In this document: piece by piece, positions 60,697 through 64,000 of the stretch
Numbering within the stretch: the stretch's first letter is position 1
Layout: the number at the start of each line of letters is the position of its first letter
Assembly: GCA_029261055.1 (NCBI GenBank)
Contig: JAJDCA010000038.1
Span: 9,619-73,618, forward strand
Direction of reading: 5' to 3'
DNA from: Candidatus Omnitrophota bacterium
Lineage (GTDB): Bacteria; Omnitrophota; Gorgyraeia; Zapsychrales; Zapsychraceae
Length of the DNA stretch: 64,000 bases
Position numbers and translations under genes: made by a program
The notes under the pieces: model-generated
What the model saw: only the letters and a program-made list of their open reading frames with translations
Told to the model about the DNA's origin: nothing
Database searches by the model: none

Positions 60697-63119
60697 TACC
60701 CCTTCACGCCAAGAAATTCACCTAAACGCTCAAAAACTTCAACCCATTCTTTGGCTGATTTATTGCCCCCATCGGCTAGCTGCAATTTCTTTTTATAAAA
60801 ATGATGCCCAATACCAAAATAACCATTTTGCACCTTCCATAAATCAAGATCAAGGGCCAATGGTTTAATAATCCTCAAAAAAGTCTCCAAAGAAATTAAA
60901 AAAACCACATCATGGGGGTCTCTAAGAAAATCGCGCATAAATAAATTGCATTTCTGTGTAACAGAAAATCCAAGTTTTCTTTTATCCAAAGAAAAACCCC
61001 AAAGTTCGATTTCTTCCACCATATGCAAAAGATTATCGCAATTAATTTCCTTACCATCCATACACTGCAATAAATTCTTATGCATGGCATTTTGTAAAAT
61101 ATTTTCAACAGCTTTTGGCAAAGAAATATGCAAATCACGTCTGGCTAATAAATAAGGATAATACTCTTCATAAATTCGTCGATCATTTTGTTCGACACGC
61201 TGTAAAACAGGTTCTAACAATAAATCAAAAATTTTCTTCTGCTCATGGCGAAATAAATGCCATAAAGAATAATTATGTGTTCCAAAATGTTGATCAATAA
61301 AACGTAATACTTCAGAAATATCGTTCTTGAAAAAAGCATCCTTAATTTCGTTTTGCATCACCTTGAAGGTTTTATCATCCATATCCGTACACACGCCGCC
61401 ATTAAGATTATGATCCCCTAAATGCACGACGGCAAAACTGACAATTTCTTCTTCTAAAGTCACTTCTGAACGAATGCGTGTTTTTCCGATTAAAAGCCTT
61501 TGTTTGCCAGATTTTTGTCTGTCAAAAACTTCACTCTTGACGGAATAACAGTAAATTTGGGTTTCTTGAGGATATTCATCAAAAAGAGAGGCGGCCGCAT
61601 AATGAGCCCCGACGCGTGAAAAATCAAGCATGGTTGGCTTAACCTGTTGGTTGTAAATAATGGCCGCATTCTTCAACTTTGCATGACACCCATGCGCTTT
61701 TTTTATTTTACTTATAAATTTTTTTTCTAATTCAAGACCAAAGAGTTGTTGAGCTAATTGGATGACACGTGCTGCATATTGAATAATTTGTGTTGTTTCG
61801 ATTCTGGCTACATCTTCAAAAAACCAACCGCAACTTGTGTACATCAACATCGCATGACGCTGCATTTCAAGAAGCTTAATAACTTTAACTCTATCGTCCT
61901 TCGTCACTGTTGATCGAATATGTGTTGACAAAAATTTCTCAACATTCTTATCGCGCTTACTTAAAACTACATCAATGTATTGATTACGTATGTGCCATGG
62001 ATCTTCAGCAAACACTTTCATCTCATTTTCGTAAAGTGGACTGATCGTATCTCTCAGCCAATCCAAGGCTTCCCGTAAAGGAGCGCGCCATTTTTGATTT
62101 GATTTTGAATCGGCTTCCCCCCCACAACCGCAATCAGCTTTCCACCGCTCTACACCATGGGCACAGCTCCAGGAAGTATTTTCATTAATTTCCGCTTCAT
62201 AAGCCGGTGGAAATTTCTCAAGATACTCTCCATAAATCGTGATCTTAGCTAGATTTTTTGATTCAACATGATGCAGACAATAGGCTAAGGCCATATCTCC
62301 GAAGCGATAATGATGCCCGTACGTCTCCCCGTCGGTTGCAATATGAACTAACCTTTCTTCCTCATGCTCCTCAGGAAAATGCTTCATCAACTTACTGGCA
62401 AATTTCTCACCACTTTTTAAAAGATCCGAAAAAGAAATTTCTTGAGATAAAGGACCGTCATAAATAAACAAATTAATGTCTTTTCCCGAAGGCAACCGGC
62501 AAACATAAGCTCTTTGTCCATTGACATGCCCATGATGAACGTCTCTCCACTGCTCCTCACCCATTTTTCGAATACGCTGCACTTGATGAGGCGCCAAAAT
62601 AGTGTATTTTATTCCTTCTTCTGCGAGAATTTCTAATGTCGGGATATCCACACCCGTTTCGGGAAGCCACATCCCCTCAGGTTTCCGTTTAAACCGAAAT
62701 TCAAAATCTTTAATCCCCCATATCACCTGTGTCCGTTTATCTTTTTCATTGGCCAAAGGCATAATCATATGGTTGTAGGCCTGGGCAATTGCCGCGCCAT
62801 GCCCCGAAAACTGTTTTTGACTTTCCTTATCGGCGTCTAAAATACTATGATAAAAATTTGGTGCATGTTTTTGCATCCATGAAAGCAAGGTAGGCCCAAA
62901 ATTAAAATTAATCTTGGCGTAATTGTTAACAATTTGCACAATACGATTTTCGGCATTTAAAATACGGCTGGCTGTGTTGGGTCCATAACATTCGGCTGTT
63001 ATCCGTGCGTTCCAATCATGATGCGGATAAGCCGAATCTTGCTCCTCAACTTCCTCCAACCAGGGATTCTCCCGAGGAGGCTGATAAAAATGGCCATGGA
63101 TACAGATGTAACGATTCAT
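60693..63119 (-). CDS. GH57 / DUF3536 glycoside hydrolase
   Basis: HGHFYQPPRENPW, WLPE, ATDGETYGHH, MYTSCGWFF. Confidence 0.92.
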   Translation of the reverse strand: MNRYICIHGHFYQPPRENPWLEEVEEQDSAYPHHDWNARITAECYGPNTASRILNAENRIVQIVNNYAKINFNFGPTLLSWMQKHAPNFYHSILDADKESQKQFSGHGAAIAQAYNHMIMPLANEKDKRTQVIWGIKDFEFRFKRKPEGMWLPETGVDIPTLEILAEEGIKYTILAPHQVQRIRKMGEEQWRDVHHGHVNGQRAYVCRLPSGKDINLFIYDGPLSQEISFSDLLKSGEKFASKLMKHFPEEHEEERLVHIATDGETYGHHYRFGDMALAYCLHHVESKNLAKITIYGEYLEKFPPAYEAEINENTSWSCAHGVERWKADCGCGGEADSKSNQKWRAPLREALDWLRDTISPLYENEMKVFAEDPWHIRNQYIDVVLSKRDKNVEKFLSTHIRSTVTKDDRVKVIKLLEMQRHAMLMYTSCGWFFEDVARIETTQIIQYAARVIQLAQQLFGLELEKKFISKIKKAHGCHAKLKNAAIIYNQQVKPTMLDFSRVGAHYAAASLFDEYPQETQIYCYSVKSEVFDRQKSGKQRLLIGKTRIRSEVTLEEEIVSFAVVHLGDHNLNGGVCTDMDDKTFKVMQNEIKDAFFKNDISEVLRFIDQHFGTHNYSLWHLFRHEQKKIFDLLLEPVLQRVEQNDRRIYEEYYPYLLARRDLHISLPKAVENILQNAMHKNLLQCMDGKEINCDNLLHMVEEIELWGFSLDKRKLGFSVTQKCNLFMRDFLRDPHDVVFLISLETFLRIIKPLALDLDLWKVQNGYFGIGHHFYKKKLQLADGGNKSAKEWVEVFERLGEFLGVKGY

Positions 63120-63122
63120 TAA

Positions 63123-63989
63123 TTATGCCCTTGGATGTGCTTTATCATAAACTTTCTTTAAGCGATCTGTTGTCACATGCGTGTAAATCTGTGTCGTCGA
63201 AAGATTCACATGCCCCAACAGTTCTTGAACACTACGTAAATCGGCGCCCCGATTTAATAAATGCGTCGCAAACGAATGACGAACGACATGCGGTGAAATT
63301 TTTTTATTAAGACTTGCTGCTAAAATATGTTTATTCACAATATTACGAATACTCCGATCAGACAAGCGTTGTCCACTTTTATTTAAAAATAAAACCTCTG
63401 ATCTTTCTTTACGACGTGTTAAATAATCTCTTACCGCCTTCACAGCTGGCTCCCCTATCGGAACTAGCCGCTCCTTTTTTCCTTTTCCGGCAACCTTAGC
63501 AAGATTACTAATTAAATCGACATGATTCACGTCCAAGCCAACGAGCTCACTGACACGAATACCAGCACTATAAAGTATTTCCAAAATTGCTTTATCCCGT
63601 TTATCCATAATTTTTTCTGAAGAAGGGGCATCAATAAACTGAATCATTTCTTTTTCTGTAAGAAATTTTGGCAAAGGCTTATCTAATTTAGGAGATAATA
63701 ATAAAATAGCTGGGTTATTTTGAATTAAACTCTCCCGATGTAAGAATCTAAAAAAACTTCGTAATGAAGAAAGTTTCCTGGCAAGAGTCCGTGGCTTGTG
63801 CTGTTTTGTTCTCAAATGTGCAAGATAGCGTCTTAAAACCAAATAATCGACTCGGTCAAGAGACATTTGTGTTTCCCCAATAAATTGGAGAAAATCTTCT
63901 AAATCAAGTTTGTAATTAATAATGGTATGTTTTGAGTAATTTTTCTCAACATCTAAATAAGCAATAAATTTATCAAGATACCGATTCAT
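63123..63989 (-). CDS. xerC: Tyrosine recombinase XerC
   Basis: LYSAGIRVSEL, GKGKKER, PHVVRHSFATH, LLGH..LSTTQIYTH. Confidence 0.9.
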   Translation of the reverse strand: MNRYLDKFIAYLDVEKNYSKHTIINYKLDLEDFLQFIGETQMSLDRVDYLVLRRYLAHLRTKQHKPRTLARKLSSLRSFFRFLHRESLIQNNPAILLLSPKLDKPLPKFLTEKEMIQFIDAPSSEKIMDKRDKAILEILYSAGIRVSELVGLDVNHVDLISNLAKVAGKGKKERLVPIGEPAVKAVRDYLTRRKERSEVLFLNKSGQRLSDRSIRNIVNKHILAASLNKKISPHVVRHSFATHLLNRGADLRSVQELLGHVNLSTTQIYTHVTTDRLKKVYDKAHPRA

Positions 63990-64000
63990 TTTCCTCTTTG

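Noticed and set aside
63123-63989. Island integrase
   Set aside because: Typical housekeeping XerC in a core operon 12 kb from the tRNA
1-64000. CRISPR array, rRNA, intact transposase, integron integrase
   Set aside because: No regularly spaced repeats, rRNA signatures or such ORFs seen

Overview
AT-rich bacterial chromosomal window, probably Candidatus Omnitrophota (PVC). This is an inference from the two large secreted-type paralogues and an HTH_17-PTS EIIA gene. Housekeeping genes include mnmC split in two, ppnP, topB, eno, ftsB, an ftsH-like gene, purN, malQ, a GH57 and xerC. Four things stand out. (1) Two paralogous modular proteins (680 aa and 2304 aa) share a conserved ~320-aa N-terminal domain and a short C-terminal cap. 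Between these lie interchangeable-looking cargo modules, each bounded by a D-x-A-M motif (DNA GAT-NNN-GCG/GCC-ATG). This is a candidate undescribed polyprotein or cargo-shuffling system. (2) An initiator tRNA-fMet is interrupted after U33 by a 227-nt ORF-less group I intron, and an I-Ssp6803I-family PD-(D/E)XK endonuclease gene stands free 195 bp downstream rather than inside the intron. (3) An ~18-kb integrase-less accessory zone lies downstream of the tRNA. It is punctuated by three degenerate tRNA 3'-half copies, two of which end exactly at the intron-less anticodon loop, and it contains an 8.9-kb czc segment bounded by a 34-bp repeat of the ada 3' end. (4) There is a decayed toxin-antitoxin cluster and several structured repeats, one of them inserted in frame in the giant gene. 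Product calls come from motif recognition only; no database searches were run.
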